The notes under the pieces were generated by a model that was not told where the DNA came from, searched no databases, and worked only from the letters and a program-made list of their open reading frames with translations. Position numbers and translations under genes: made by a program. From Octopus sinensis (taxonomy: Eukaryota), in contig NC_043014.1 of the NCBI RefSeq assembly GCF_006345805.1, positions 47,678,001-47,742,000 of the forward strand: DNA of 64,000 nucleotides, written 5' to 3'. This document shows positions 51,593 through 63,890 of this stretch, in pieces; within the stretch, counting starts at the first letter, position 1; every line of letters starts with the position of its first letter.

Positions 51593-51785
51593 GTCCTTCA
51601 TCAGTGACTGTTCCTGGGCAACTGTACGGTCTATGGCAGGCACATCAGATGTATGGCTCGTTACCATGGAAACACTTGTTTGCTCCTGTGATACACCTTG
51701 CAACACAAGGTTTTAATGTCTCGCGTTTACTGGCTAATACCCTCAAAGAAATGGAGTCTGAAGTTAAGGATCAGCCCCTACTCAG
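51593..51785 (+). CDS. GGT-like exon 5
   Basis: atgcag| ... AG|gtaagt; PSSVTVPGQLYGLWQAHQMYGSLPWKHLFAPVIHLATQGFNVSRLLANTLKEMESEVKDQPLL. Confidence 0.96.
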
Positions 51786-52659
51786 GTAAGTGAAATAGAG
51801 ATCTGGTATTATTGTTTATGGGATCTTTTTGTTTCAAGGGTTTTATAGTTTTATATACAGCAGTAGGCGTAGGAGTGGCTGTGTGGTGAGTAGCTTGCTT
51901 ACCGACCACATGGTTCAGGGTTCAGTCCCACTACGTGGCACCTTGGGCAAGTGTCTTCTACTATAGTCTCGGGCCGACCAAAGCCTTGTGAGTGGATTTG
52001 GTAGACGGAAACTGAAAGAAGCCCGTCGTATATATATATATATATATGCAGCACGGATTTTTGTCAGTGAACAGGTCGCGGATTTTAGCGACGAAAATAT
52101 TTTGACAAATTAAACTTAAATGTTGAAGTGAATCGAACGGCTTTTGTGTGTTTCTTAAATGGCTTACAAACACCTTCCACGCTGCAATTGTTTTCGTTTC
52201 AGCACACGATCTCAGATCAAATCACTTGCTATGCGAGTACATCTCCCTATATATATATATACATATATATTTATGTGTGTGTGTGTGTCTGTGTTTATCC
52301 CCCCAACATCGCTTGACAACCGATGCTGGTGTGTTTATGTCCCTGTAACTTACCGTTTCGGCAAAAGAGACCGATAGAATAAGTACTAGACTTACAAAAA
52401 ATAAGTCCTGGGGTCGATTTGCTCGACTAAAGGTGGTGCTCCAGCATGGCCGCAGTCAAATGACTGAAACAAGTAAAAGAGTAAAAGAGTAAAAAGCAGT
52501 GCTGTATATAAAACTACTATATTGCTGTCATCACTCTATTATCTACGGTAGCATTGTCATCACAGTTTTGTCATCACAATATTATTATTACTACATAATC
52601 TGTATCAGTTTTGTCATCTCTACATTATCCATATCACTAGTGTCTGGGCATTATTGTCA

Positions 52660-53395
52660 GCAGTGACTGGCGCTGGACAAAGCACGTCTCTAAAATTGGC
52701 AAGAAGGCCGAAGGTGTCTTGGCATCACTCAGCAAGACCTTTGTCAGCTGCACTCCAGCTATCTTTTTAAGGCTGTATATGGCTTTGGTGTGGCCACACT
52801 TGGAATTTGCATCACCAGTCTGGAATCCCTATCTTGCTCAGGACATTGACCTCCTGGAAACTGTTCAGAGACGTGCAACCAAGTGAATACCCTCCATCAG
52901 GCACCTACCATACTCTGAACGCCTTGCTTCCCTGGGTATGGATACATTGAAGCTCCAACGTCTGGCAACTGACTTAGTAAACACCCACAAAACTATTAAC
53001 CATCACACCAACAATCACCTTCAGCATCTTTTCGAGCTCCATGTGTCTAACACATGTGGGCATGCCTACAAAGTCAGAAAAAAAGCACGGCTCCCATGAC
53101 TTTCAGAAACATTTTTTTACTACTCAAAGTTGCTGAAGCAAGGAACAAACTGCCTGCATCCGTTGTTAGTTGCCAAGACTTTGCATCCTTTAAAACCTCC
53201 ATGCTTCCTAAAATTCGCCAACACTACACCTAATATCTTCCCCTCCATACGCAGCCACACATGTATATCATGACTCATACCACTGTTCATTTTCCTGGCT
53301 TTGGTACATAATTCTACAAACTGTACATGCACCTTTGATGGGTTGTAGTGCCCCTGAGCATTATACGCAATAATTTCATCATTATTATTACATAT
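52660..53395 (+). mobile_element. CR1-like LINE 3' fragment
   Basis: YMALVWPHLEFASPVWNPYLAQDIDLLETVQRRATK..RHLPYSERLASLGMDTLKLQRL. Confidence 0.9.
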
Positions 53396-54518
53396 AGGCG
53401 CAGGAGTTGCCATGTGGTAAGTAGCTTGCTTACCAACCACATGGTTCCAGGTTTATTTCCACCGCATGGCACCTTGGGCAAGTGTCTTCTACTATAGCCT
53501 CAGGCTGACCAAAGTCTTGTGAGTGGATTTGGTAGACAGAAATTGAATGAAGCCCGTCGTATATATGTATATATATATATATATATGTGTATGTGTGTGT
53601 ATATGTTTGTGTGTCTGTGTTTGTCCCCCCAAATTCACTTGACAACCAATGCTGGTGTATTTACGTCCCCGTAACTTACCGTTTCGGCAAAAGAGACCGA
53701 TAGAATAAGTACTAGGCTTACAAAGAATAAGTCCTGGGGTCGATTTGCTCAACTAAAGGTGGTGCTCCAGCATGGCCGCAGTCAAATGACTGAAACAAGT
53801 AAAAGAGTATCTACAACAGTTTTGTCATCACCACATGATCTACAGCAATGCTGTCATCACCACATTATCTACAGCAGTGTTGTCATCAGTATATCGTCTA
53901 TACCAGCATTGTCATCTCATTATTGTCTACACCAGTTTTGTCATCATTGTATCATCTCTAGCAGTACTATCATCACTATGTAAGCTATAACATACATATC
54001 ATTGGTTTCTTTCTTTCTTTCGCCCCTTTCAAGCCTAGCCAGGCTCATGGGCCCAGTTTCCCGGTTTCTGTGGCATATGTGTTCCCCCCAGCTGGATGGG
54101 ACTCCAGTCCATCGCAGTGTTACTCAAGAAACAGGAAGAGAGAATGAGAGAAAGTTGTGGCGAAAGAGACAACAGGGGTCACCACCACTCCCTGCTGGAG
54201 CCTTGGGGAGCTTTTAGGTGTTTTCTCTCAATAAACACACACAACGGCCGGTCTGGGAATCGAAACTGCGATCCTCCAACTGTGAGTCCGCTGCCCTAAC
54301 CACTGGGCCATTGCGCCTCCACACATATCATTGGTTTATTAGCTTTAATCATTATATAATCCCTATATAATCAGTAAACAATGATACCCTAATTATATTA
54401 GCTAATATTTTCATCTTAACAGCTTATATGCATTCATAATATCACCTGATATTTGATATTATTGATAGTAGTGTTGAAGATATGAGTAATATCTGTTACA
54501 TTGATTTTGTCCAATCAG

Positions 54519-54688
54519 AGAGCTGTATGTAAATGAGGCAACAAGACATGTTTATCAAGAAGGAGACCTCATGAAACACCCAAGACTAGCAAAATCACTG
54601 AAGATAATCTCTGAGGAAGGATTTCTTGCTGTCTATAATGGCTCCTTGTCTAATGCCATTGTTGAAGATCTGAGAGATGCTGGTGAAG
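54519..54688 (+). CDS. GGT-like exon 6
   Basis: aatcag| ... GAAG|gtgagt; ELYVNEATRHVYQEGDLMKHPRLAKSLKIISEEGFLAVYNGSLSNAIVEDLRDAGE. An alternative same-phase donor lies at 54682. Confidence 0.93.
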
Positions 54689-56154
54689 GTGAGTTCAAGT
54701 TCTGGTTTGTCTACATTACTTTTATCATCATCATCATCATCATCGTTTAACGTCTGTTCTCCATGCTAGCATGGGTTGGACAGTTCGACCGGGGATCTGG
54801 GAAGCCAGAAGGCTGCACCAGGCTCCAGTTTGATCTGGCAGTGTTTCTACAGCGGGATGCCCTTCCTAACGCCAACCACTCCGTGAGTGTAGTGGGTGCT
54901 TTTTTACGTGCCACCTGCACAGGTGCCAGGCGAGGCTGGCAACGGCCGGTGCTGCATAAAACCACTCAGCATACTCTGCAAAGTGGTTGGCGTCAGGAAG
55001 GGCATCCAGGTGTAAAAACTATGCCAAACCAAACTGGAGGCTGGTGCAGCTCCCTAACTTTCCAGCTCTGGTCAAACCATCCAAGCCATGCCATCATGGA
55101 CAACAGACATTAAATGATTATGATGGTAATTCTCAACCATTTTTTACCTATGGACCCCTTTGATTATTATTTTATTCTGGTGGACCCTTATAGCCATTCG
55201 ATGTTTAACCCTTTAGTGTTTAAACCGGCCATATCAGGCCAAAATTGTCTTCCTGTTTTATGCTCAAACCAGCCAGTTCTGACCTCTCCCACCTACCCTA
55301 CAAAATCATTCTAAAAATAAACAGGGACGTCATCAAAATCTCAGAGTTACAAGATGCTATACAATTAATTTAAAAGAATGTGATTAAACAGGCTTTACAT
55401 TTGACAGAGTAATCATCATCATCATCATCATCGTTTAACGTCCGTTTTCCGCACTAGCACGGGTTGGACGGTTCGACCGGGGTCTGGGAAGCCAGGGGCT
55501 GCACCAGGCTCCAGTCTGATCTGGCAGAGTTTCTACAGCTGGATGCCCTTCCTAATGCCAACCACTCCGCGAGTGTAGTGAGTGCTTTTTACGTGCCACC
55601 TGCACAGGTGCCAGGGTGGTCCGGCATCGGCCGCAATCGGTTGGAGCTCTTAACGTGCCACCGTTCGGATGGTGCTTTTTATGTGCCACTAATCTGAATG
55701 CTAAAGGGTTAAAAACTAATTTTATAGATACTACTTTCAAAATTCTTATGTTGCTATTCACTCATTCACTTGTATAGGCTGAACGACGTAAAATGTTAGA
55801 GAAAGAAAGATACTTGTTTCTTGCTATACGTATAAACCAAAGCTTTTCATGTACCCTTAACCCTTTAGCATTTAGACTGTCTGTATCAGACCCAAATATT
55901 CTACATATTTTTGGTTCAAACTGGTCAGATCTAGCCTTTCGCACCTACCCAACAGTGTTATTCTAGAAATATACAATCACTTCATCGAAATCTCAAAGCT
56001 ATGAGATAATACTTGATTAATTCAAAGCAATGTGAATAAATAAGCATTACAGGTTCTTCTTATATAGCACACTTTTTGCATTTAATTCTAAGTTGACTTT
56101 GTGCGTAATTTAAATTTTGCAATATATCCATTTTAGTTTCTGGTAACTTATAAA

Positions 56155-56552
56155 TCTTTATATATAAAAGTGAGGTTGTGTGCTGTCTGTCTCCTACGAT
56201 TTAGATTCCTAACTCCTCCCACATTTTGCGGTGCAGTTTAACCAAAACCGGGTATCTTATAGTCGTGATTCACATCGAGCCCTTCTGGGTATTAGCGCGC
56301 ATCTACGATGAGTCTACGATTTAAAAAATAATTTACCATGAATTTATCCCATTTTTAATGCATTTTTGGCATATATAAGGGAAGTAACTCTCTAAAAATT
56401 TATTATTAAATCTCAGAACGTAAAAAGCTACAGTAACACCCCCCTCCTTTGTGGTTAGCCATATTGAGATGGCTATTATACTTTACATCTCTAAAAATGC
56501 TTATATAGTTATTTCCCTTACAAACCCGAGCAACGCCGGGCGACACTGCTAG
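56155..56552 (+). mobile_element. Non-autonomous Helitron, short variant with distinct internal segment
   Basis: A|TC at 56155, hairpin, CTAG|T at 56549-56552. Confidence 0.9.
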
Positions 56553-57119
56553 TATATTATATTACAACATCATATTCCTTTCTACTACAAGCACAAGGCT
56601 TGAAATTTTAGGGGAGGTGGCTATCCAATTACATTGACCCCAGTGCTTGACTGACACTTAGTTCATCGACCCCAAAAGGATGAAAGCAAAGTTAACCGTA
56701 GCAGAATTTGAACTCAGAACATAAAGATGGACAAAATGCTACTGAGCATTTTGCCTGGAATGCTAACGATTTTGCCAGCTGGCCACACCTTTGTATAACA
56801 ATACCATATTAACAAAATCTGTGACAATATATTCACATGGACCAGTCTTTCGTCACTCCTTATTGAAACTCGATCCGTGAGGGAAGTATGAATCACTACA
56901 CACACTCCTCAAATGTTTTTTTTTGTTTTTTTTCATTATTTCCAAGTTACATATATATAATTATCATCATCATCATCATCATCATTACTACTTGTAGCTC
57001 ATGCAGTTCACTGAAGTACAAATGTTAACAAATACACACACACACACACACACATATATGTGTGTCTATACATAGACACACACACACACACACACACATA
57101 TATGTGTGTCTATACATAG

Positions 57120-57152
<33 letters not shown>

Positions 57153-57368
57153 CTCTTACTCGTTTACTTGTTTCAGTCATTTGACTGCGGCCATGCTGGT
57201 GCACTGCCTTTAGTCAAGCAAATCGACCCCGGGACTTATTCTTTGTAAGCCCAGCACTTATTCTATCGGTCTCTTTTGCCGAACCGCTAAGTGACAGGGA
57301 CATAAACACACCAGCATCGGTTGTCAAGCAATGCTAAGGGGACAAACACAGACACACAAACACACACA

Positions 57369-57410
<42 letters not shown>

Positions 57411-57925
57411 TACATCGGGCTTCTTTCAGTTTCCGTCTACCAAATCCACTCACAAGGCTTTGGTCGGCCCGAGGCTATAGTAGAAGACACTTGCCCAAAG
57501 TGCCACGCAGTGGGACTGAACCCGGAACCATGTGGTTGGTAAGCAAGCTACTTACCACACAGCCACTCCTACGCCTACATATATGTGTGTCTATACATAG
57601 ATACACACACACACACATATATATATGTATGTATGTGTGTGTCTATACATAGATACACACACACATATATATAGATATATGTATGTGTGTATGTGTTAGT
57701 ATGTGCTCATGCATACACACACACACACACTCACACACGCATGCACACACACACACAGAGGACTTTTTTCATCTTCTCTCTACCAAATCCCCTCGTGACA
57801 ATTTGGTCAGCCCAGGGCTATAGTAGAAGACCCTTACTCAAGGCCCCAGTTGACAAAAACAAAATCGATTTATGTTTCATAAAGAAACCATTGATGTTGT
57901 TATTCTTGTTGCCCTTATTTTTCAG

Positions 57926-58075
57926 GATCTCTTATGTCCTTGAGTGACCTCACCTCTTATAATGTAAAGTTTCCAGCCCCATTAAGGACAAGACTGTCCA
58001 ACGGTGACCAAGTGATGGCAACCCCACCTCCATCGAGTGGCCCAATAGTGCAACTGATACTCAATGTTCTTGACC
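57926..58075 (+). CDS. GGT-like exon 7
   Basis: tttcag| ... GACC|gtaaga; SLMSLSDLTSYNVKFPAPLRTRLSNGDQVMATPPPSSGPIVQLILNVLD. Confidence 0.95.
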
Positions 58076-58084
58076 GTAAGACCT

Positions 58085-58975
58085 TTAACTTGTCACTTGT
58101 CACCTGTCATCTGGTCATAGTTACCTTGCCTGTGTCACTTGTCATCTTGTCATCAGTCATTTGTTATCTTTTCCTTAGTCGTTTGTCATCAATCTCTGTC
58201 ATCTTTCACCTATCATCTAGTCATATGTCACCTACCATATACCACCTGTCACCTCATCACCTGTCACCTCATCATCTGTCATCTAGTCATATGTTGCCTG
58301 TTACTTGTCACCTGTCACCTCATCATCTGTCATCTAGTCATATGTTACCTGTCACTTGTCACCTGTCATCTTGTCATTTGTCACCTGTCACCTTGTCAGC
58401 TCTCACCTACCATCTAGCCATATATCATCTGTCATCATGTCATTTGTCACCTGTCACCTTGTCATCTTTCACCTACCATCTAGCCATATATCATCTGTCA
58501 TCTTGTCATTTGTCACCTGTCACCATGTCAACTCTCACCTACCATCTAGCCATATATGAGCTGTCATCTTGTCATTTGTCACCTGTCACCCTGCCAACTC
58601 TCACCTACCATCTAGCCATATATCATCTGTCATCTTGTCGTTTGTCACCTGTCACCTCTCACCTACCATCTAGCTATATATCATCTGTCATCTTGTCATT
58701 TATCACCTGTCATCTTGTCACCTTTTACCTACCATCTAGTCATATATCACTTGTCACCTTGTCAGCTCTTATCTACCATCTAGCCATATATCACTTGTCA
58801 CCTTGTCAATTCTCACCTACCATCTAGCTATATATCATCTGTCATTTGTCACCTGTCACCTTTCACCTACCATCTAGCCATATATCATATGTCACCTTGT
58901 CATCTGTCACTTTGTCATCTATTACCTGTCTTCTTTTCATCAGTCATCTTGTCGTCAGTAACTTGTCACCATCTC
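58085..58975. repeat. 66-bp higher-order minisatellite built from TGTCA(C/T) submotifs
   Basis: tcacctac recurs at 58403, 58469, 58535 and 58601. Confidence 0.92.
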
Positions 58976-60156
58976 TCTCTATCTCTCTCTCTCTCTCTCC
59001 CTATTGCACCACACTAGAGAGTTCTACTCTCTTTCATTGTCCCATTGTGAAATACTCAACACAAAAGCAGTGGAGCATCTAAGTATAATTCTCAGTGCTG
59101 TGGTACCTTAAGTGCAACATCTCTACTTGTACCACCACCTTTGTTACTGATGCCGTTGTTTAAACTCCCTTTCTATGTGAACATTTCAAACTAACAGCCT
59201 TCATATAAGAACAGAACGTCAAGAAAACACCTGTTAAGCACACACTACTCCCACTACCCTCTCTCTCCCTCCCTCTCTATTTCCCTCCCTCTCTCCCTCT
59301 CTCTATCCCTCCATCCTCTCTCTCTCCCCCTCCCCTCTCTCTACTAAATATTCTAGCCGTTTGCCAGCCTGCTCTGGCCCCTGTGCCAGTGGCACGTAAA
59401 AAGCACCCGCTACACTCACGGAGTGGTTGGTATTAGGAAGGGCATCCAGCTGTAGAAACACTGCCAGATCAGACCTGAGCCCGGTGCAGCCTCCTGGCTT
59501 CTCAGACCCCGGTCAAACCGTCCAACCCATGCTAGCAGGGAAAACAGACGTTAAACGATGATGATGATGATGATAAAAGAAAGGGCAAGTATGCTGCTAT
59601 GTCACAACATTCGGAGTGGCTATGTGGTAAGTAGCTTGCTAACCAACCACATGGTTCCGGGTTCAGTCCCACTGCGTGGCATCTTGGGCAAGTGTCTTCT
59701 GCTATAGCCCCGGGCCGACCAATGCCTTGTGAGTGGATTTGGTAGATGGAAACTGAAAGAAGCCTGTCGTATATATGTATATATATATGTGTGTGTGTGT
59801 CTGTGTGTCTGAGTTTGTCCCCTTAGCATTGCTTGACAACCGATGCTGGTGTGTTTACGTCCCCGTCACTTAGCGGCTTGGCAAAATGGACCGATAGAAT
59901 AAGTACTGGGCTTACAAAGAATAAGTTCCGGGGTCGATTTGCTCGACTAAAGGCGGTGCTCCAGCATGGCCGCAGTCAAATGACTGAAACTAGTAAAAGA
60001 GTAAAAGAGTATCTCCGTTAACACCGCTTCCCCTTCTACTTCACCATACACCCACCACACCCCACATCACCACCACCACCACCACCATCACCATCACCCA
60101 CTAAGTACCTGTAATATCTTAACTCCTACGATACTACTCTATCTCTGATGCTTCAG

Positions 60157-60296
60157 TGTATGAGTTCAAGCCCAACTACCGCACCAACCTCAACATGTTC
60201 GCCACTACGCTACACAGGATCATCGAAACATTCAAGTTTGCGTACGGCATCCGATCCCGACTGGAGGAGCCCGGCTTTGATGAAGACGTCACACAG
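60157..60296 (+). CDS. GGT-like exon 8
   Basis: cttcag| ... CAG|gtgagt; YEFKPNYRTNLNMFATTLHRIIETFKFAYGIRSRLEEPGFDEDVTQ. Confidence 0.95.
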
Positions 60297-60384
60297 GTGA
60301 GTAACAGGTGCGAGGGATTGTTGACGGTGTAACAGAAGTGGGTGGTTGTCGATGGTGCAACACACCTGAGTGACTGTTGAGAAT

Positions 60385-60720
60385 GATGTGGGGCTGGTGG
60401 TGGTAGTGGTGGTGGTAATGGTGGTGGTGGTGGTAATGGTGGTAATTGTGGTGGTGGTGTTGGTGGTGGTGGTAGTGTTGGTGGTGGTGGTGATGGGATG
60501 ATGTTGATGGTGGTAATGATGGTGGTGGTGGTGGTGGTGGTGGTGGCAGCCGTAGTGGCGGCGGTGATGCTGGTGGTGGTGGTGGTGGCAGCCGTAGTGG
60601 CGGCGGTGATGCTGGTGGTGGTGGTGGTGGCAGCCGTAGTGGCGGCGGTGATGCTGGTGGTGGTGGTGAGGATGAAGATGGTAGTGGTTGTGATGATGAT
60701 GATGATGCGGGTGATGGTTG
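60385..60720. repeat. (GTG)n tract with repeated gcagccgtagtggcggcggtgatgctg unit
   Basis: Three copies of the unit are visible. A similar (GTG)n/GATT compound tract lies at 43800-43980. Confidence 0.9.
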
Positions 60721-61260
60721 TGATGTCCGCTTTCCATGCTAGCATGGGTTGGACGATTTGACTGAGGTCTGGCGAACCAGATGGCTGCACCAGGCTCCAA
60801 TCTTGATCTGGCAGAGTTTCTACAGCTGGATGCCTTTCCTAATGCCAACCACTCCGAGAGTGTAGTGGGTGCTTTTATGTGCCACTGGCACGAGGGCCAG
60901 TCAGGCGGTACTGGCAACGGCCACGCTCATGGTGATTTTTATGTGCCACCTGTACAATGTTTTTTTCATGTGCCACCAGCACAAGTGCCAGTAAGGCAAC
61001 GCAGGTAATGATCACACTCGAATGGTGCTTTTACATGCCACCAGCACAGAAGCCAGTTTGTTGCTCTGGCAACGATCACGCTCGGATGGTACTCTTAGTG
61101 CTCCACTAGCATGGATGCCAGTCATCGAATTTGATTTCAATTTCGATTCGATGATGATGATGGTAATGACAACACCACTGCCTCAATACATGAATTCTGT
61201 CATCCACAGCAAATTCTGGTATAATCTGATGTTCGTTTATTTTTCATTCTTATTTTAAAG

Positions 61261-61448
61261 TTCCTTGTCAATTTAACATCAACAGAGTGGGCCACCGGGA
61301 TTAAATCACAGATCGATGACCATAGCACATATGAGAGTGGATATTATAACCCTGGCACCCTCAATGAGGAAGGTTTAGGGACCACCCATCTGAATTGCAT
61401 CGGCTTGGATGGTATTGCTGTATCAGTGACTAGCTCACTCAACCATAG
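61261..61448 (+). CDS. GGT-like exon 9, autocleavage site and catalytic Thr
   Basis: ttaaag| ... AG|gtatgt; FLVNLTSTEWATGIKSQIDDHSTYESGYYNPGTLNEEGLG|TTHLNCIGLDGIAVSVTSSLNH. The nucleophile codon ACC is at 61381-61383. Confidence 0.96.
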
Positions 61449-61494
61449 GTATGTGATTTACAGTTTTATTTGACAGACACACATACACATACAT

Positions 61495-61533
<39 letters not shown>

Positions 61534-62054
61534 CACATATAAATAAAGGAACACAGATGAGGTTTAAAATTTACAAGAGCTTTTGCAGTAGAATTCTATT
61601 GATGTATTTTATTACATTACACCATGACATAGAATCCACCATCTTCAGGTAAAATTCTAAACAGGTATCAAACAGGTGAGACAATACCTTGATCAGGATG
61701 AATCCAATCAGCATTGTTAGATATATATATGTGTGTGTGTATGGATGTAGTTGCCAGCCTCGCCCCCGTGCCGGTGGCATGTAAAAGCACCATCCGTTCG
61801 TGTCCGTTGCCAGCCTCGCCTGGCCCCCGTTCGTGGCCGTTTGCCAGCTCCATCTAGCACCTGTGCGGGTGGCATGTAAAAAGCACCCACTACACTCATG
61901 GAGTGGTTGGCGTTAGGAAGGGCATCCAGCCGTAGAAACACTGCCAGATCAGACTGGGCCTGATGCAGCCTTCTGGCTTCACAGACCCCAGTTGAACCGT
62001 CCAACCCATGCCAGCATGGAAAACGGACGCTAAATGATGATGATGATGATGATA

Positions 62055-62085
<31 letters not shown>

Positions 62086-62390
62086 ATATATTATATATAT
62101 ATATATATATATACATATGTATATACTTATATATATATACATATGTATATACTTATATATATAATATATATATATATTATATTATATATATATATATATA
62201 TATATAGATATATATATATACATATGTATATACTGTATATATATATACATATGTATATACTTATATATATATACATATGTATATACTTATATATATATAT
62301 ACATATGTATATACTGATATATATATATATACATATGTATATACTGATATATATATATATACATATGTATATACTTAATATATATATAAC

Positions 62391-62421
<31 letters not shown>

Positions 62422-62740
62422 ATATATATATATTACATATGTATATACTTATATATATATATACACACATATATATATATATATATAACATATGTATATA
62501 CTTATATATATATATTATACACACATATATATATATATACATATGTATATACTTATATATATTACTTCACATATATAGATATATATATATATATACATGT
62601 GTATATACTTATATATATATAATACACACACATATTATATATATATATCTATATACATATGTATATACTTATATATATATATATTCACATATATATATAT
62701 ATATATATATACATGTGTATATACTTATATATATATATAT

Positions 62741-62782
<42 letters not shown>

Positions 62783-63014
62783 GTAATATACTTAATATAT
62801 ATATATATACATATGTATATACTTATATATATATACACACACATAATATATATATTATATACATATGTAATACTTATATATATATACACACACATATATA
62901 TATATATTATATCTATATATATATACATATGTATACTTATAATATATACACACACACACACATATATATTATATATATATATATATTATACATATGTATA
63001 TCTTATATATATAT

Positions 63015-63067
<53 letters not shown>

Positions 63068-63292
63068 TGTATATATATATATATGTATATACAATATATA
63101 ATACACCCACACACACATATATATATATATATACATATGTGCATACATATATATAAATACATATGTGTATACATATATATATATATATACATATGTGTAT
63201 ACATATATATATATACATATGTGTATACATATATATATATACATATGTGTATACATATATATTTATATACATATATACATTATATATATATA

Positions 63293-63323
<31 letters not shown>

Positions 63324-63345
63324 ACATATATATACATATATACAT

Positions 63346-63406
<61 letters not shown>

Positions 63407-63500
63407 ATATATATATATATATATATAACACTCACACGTGTGTATATGTATATATGCATAATATTTGTGTGTGTATATATATATATACACACACACACAT
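62055..63500. repeat. Large compound (TA)n/(CA)n/(TG)n microsatellite field
   Basis: Seen directly; similar fields at 2240-2560, 25240-25620, 43215-43560 and 57035-57760. Confidence 0.97.
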
Positions 63501-63646
63501 ACTCATCATATAAAAACCAATACTACTACTACTACTACACACAATCAGAAACACACTACAGGTAGCAAATATATTCACAGCAGCATCACCAGCAATACCA
63601 ACTATAGGGCTTACCCGTATCACATGCAAACTGCCTTGTCTTTTAG

Positions 63647-63890
63647 GTTTGGTGCCCAGATTTTGGGACGAAGGACTGGAATCTTGTTTAACAATGGAAT
63701 GGCAGCGTTCTCAACACCAAGCAGACACAATCGCAGTGCCTCAATAAACCAACCTCTCCCTAATTTGATCGGGGCCAACAAGTCTCCTATGTCCTATGTG
63801 TCACCAATTATTATGACAGACAACACAGGCAACACCAAACTGGTTATTGGAGCCTCTGGAGGAACTAAAATTATTTCTTCTCTCTCCTAT
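63647..63890 (+). CDS. GGT-like exon 10 (last exon in window)
   Basis: ttttag| ... TAT|gtaagt; FGAQILGRRTGILFNNGMAAFSTPSRHNRSASINQPLPNLIGANKSPMSYVSPIIMTDNTGNTKLVIGASGGTKIISSLSY. Confidence 0.96.

Larger units (their letters stand above)
44149..63890 (+). other. Gene model (3'-partial): gamma-glutamyltranspeptidase / glutathione hydrolase family, type II membrane Ntn-hydrolase, divergent active site
   Basis: Exon lengths 17+171+126+86+193+170+150+140+188+244 = 1485 nt, in frame with no stops. Motifs: STGIGG, VTVPGQ, LPWKHLF, YNGSL, PPPSSGP, HRIIETFKFAY, G|TTHL, TSSLN, TGILFNN, IGASGG. Orthology is unresolved, so no symbol is given. Confidence 0.93.

Noticed and set aside
62143-63565. Ile/Tyr-, His/Thr- and Val/Cys-rich ORFs (also 2143-2701, 43007-43536, 46786-47532)
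   Set aside because: They are read-throughs of (TA)n, (CA)n and (GT)n microsatellites.
49299-63797. A-to-I recoding could restore the canonical GGT pocket residues
   Set aside because: Editing only changes A to G. TCT and GCG have no A, GGA stays Gly, and TAT becomes Cys, so none yields Arg, Glu, Asp or Ser.
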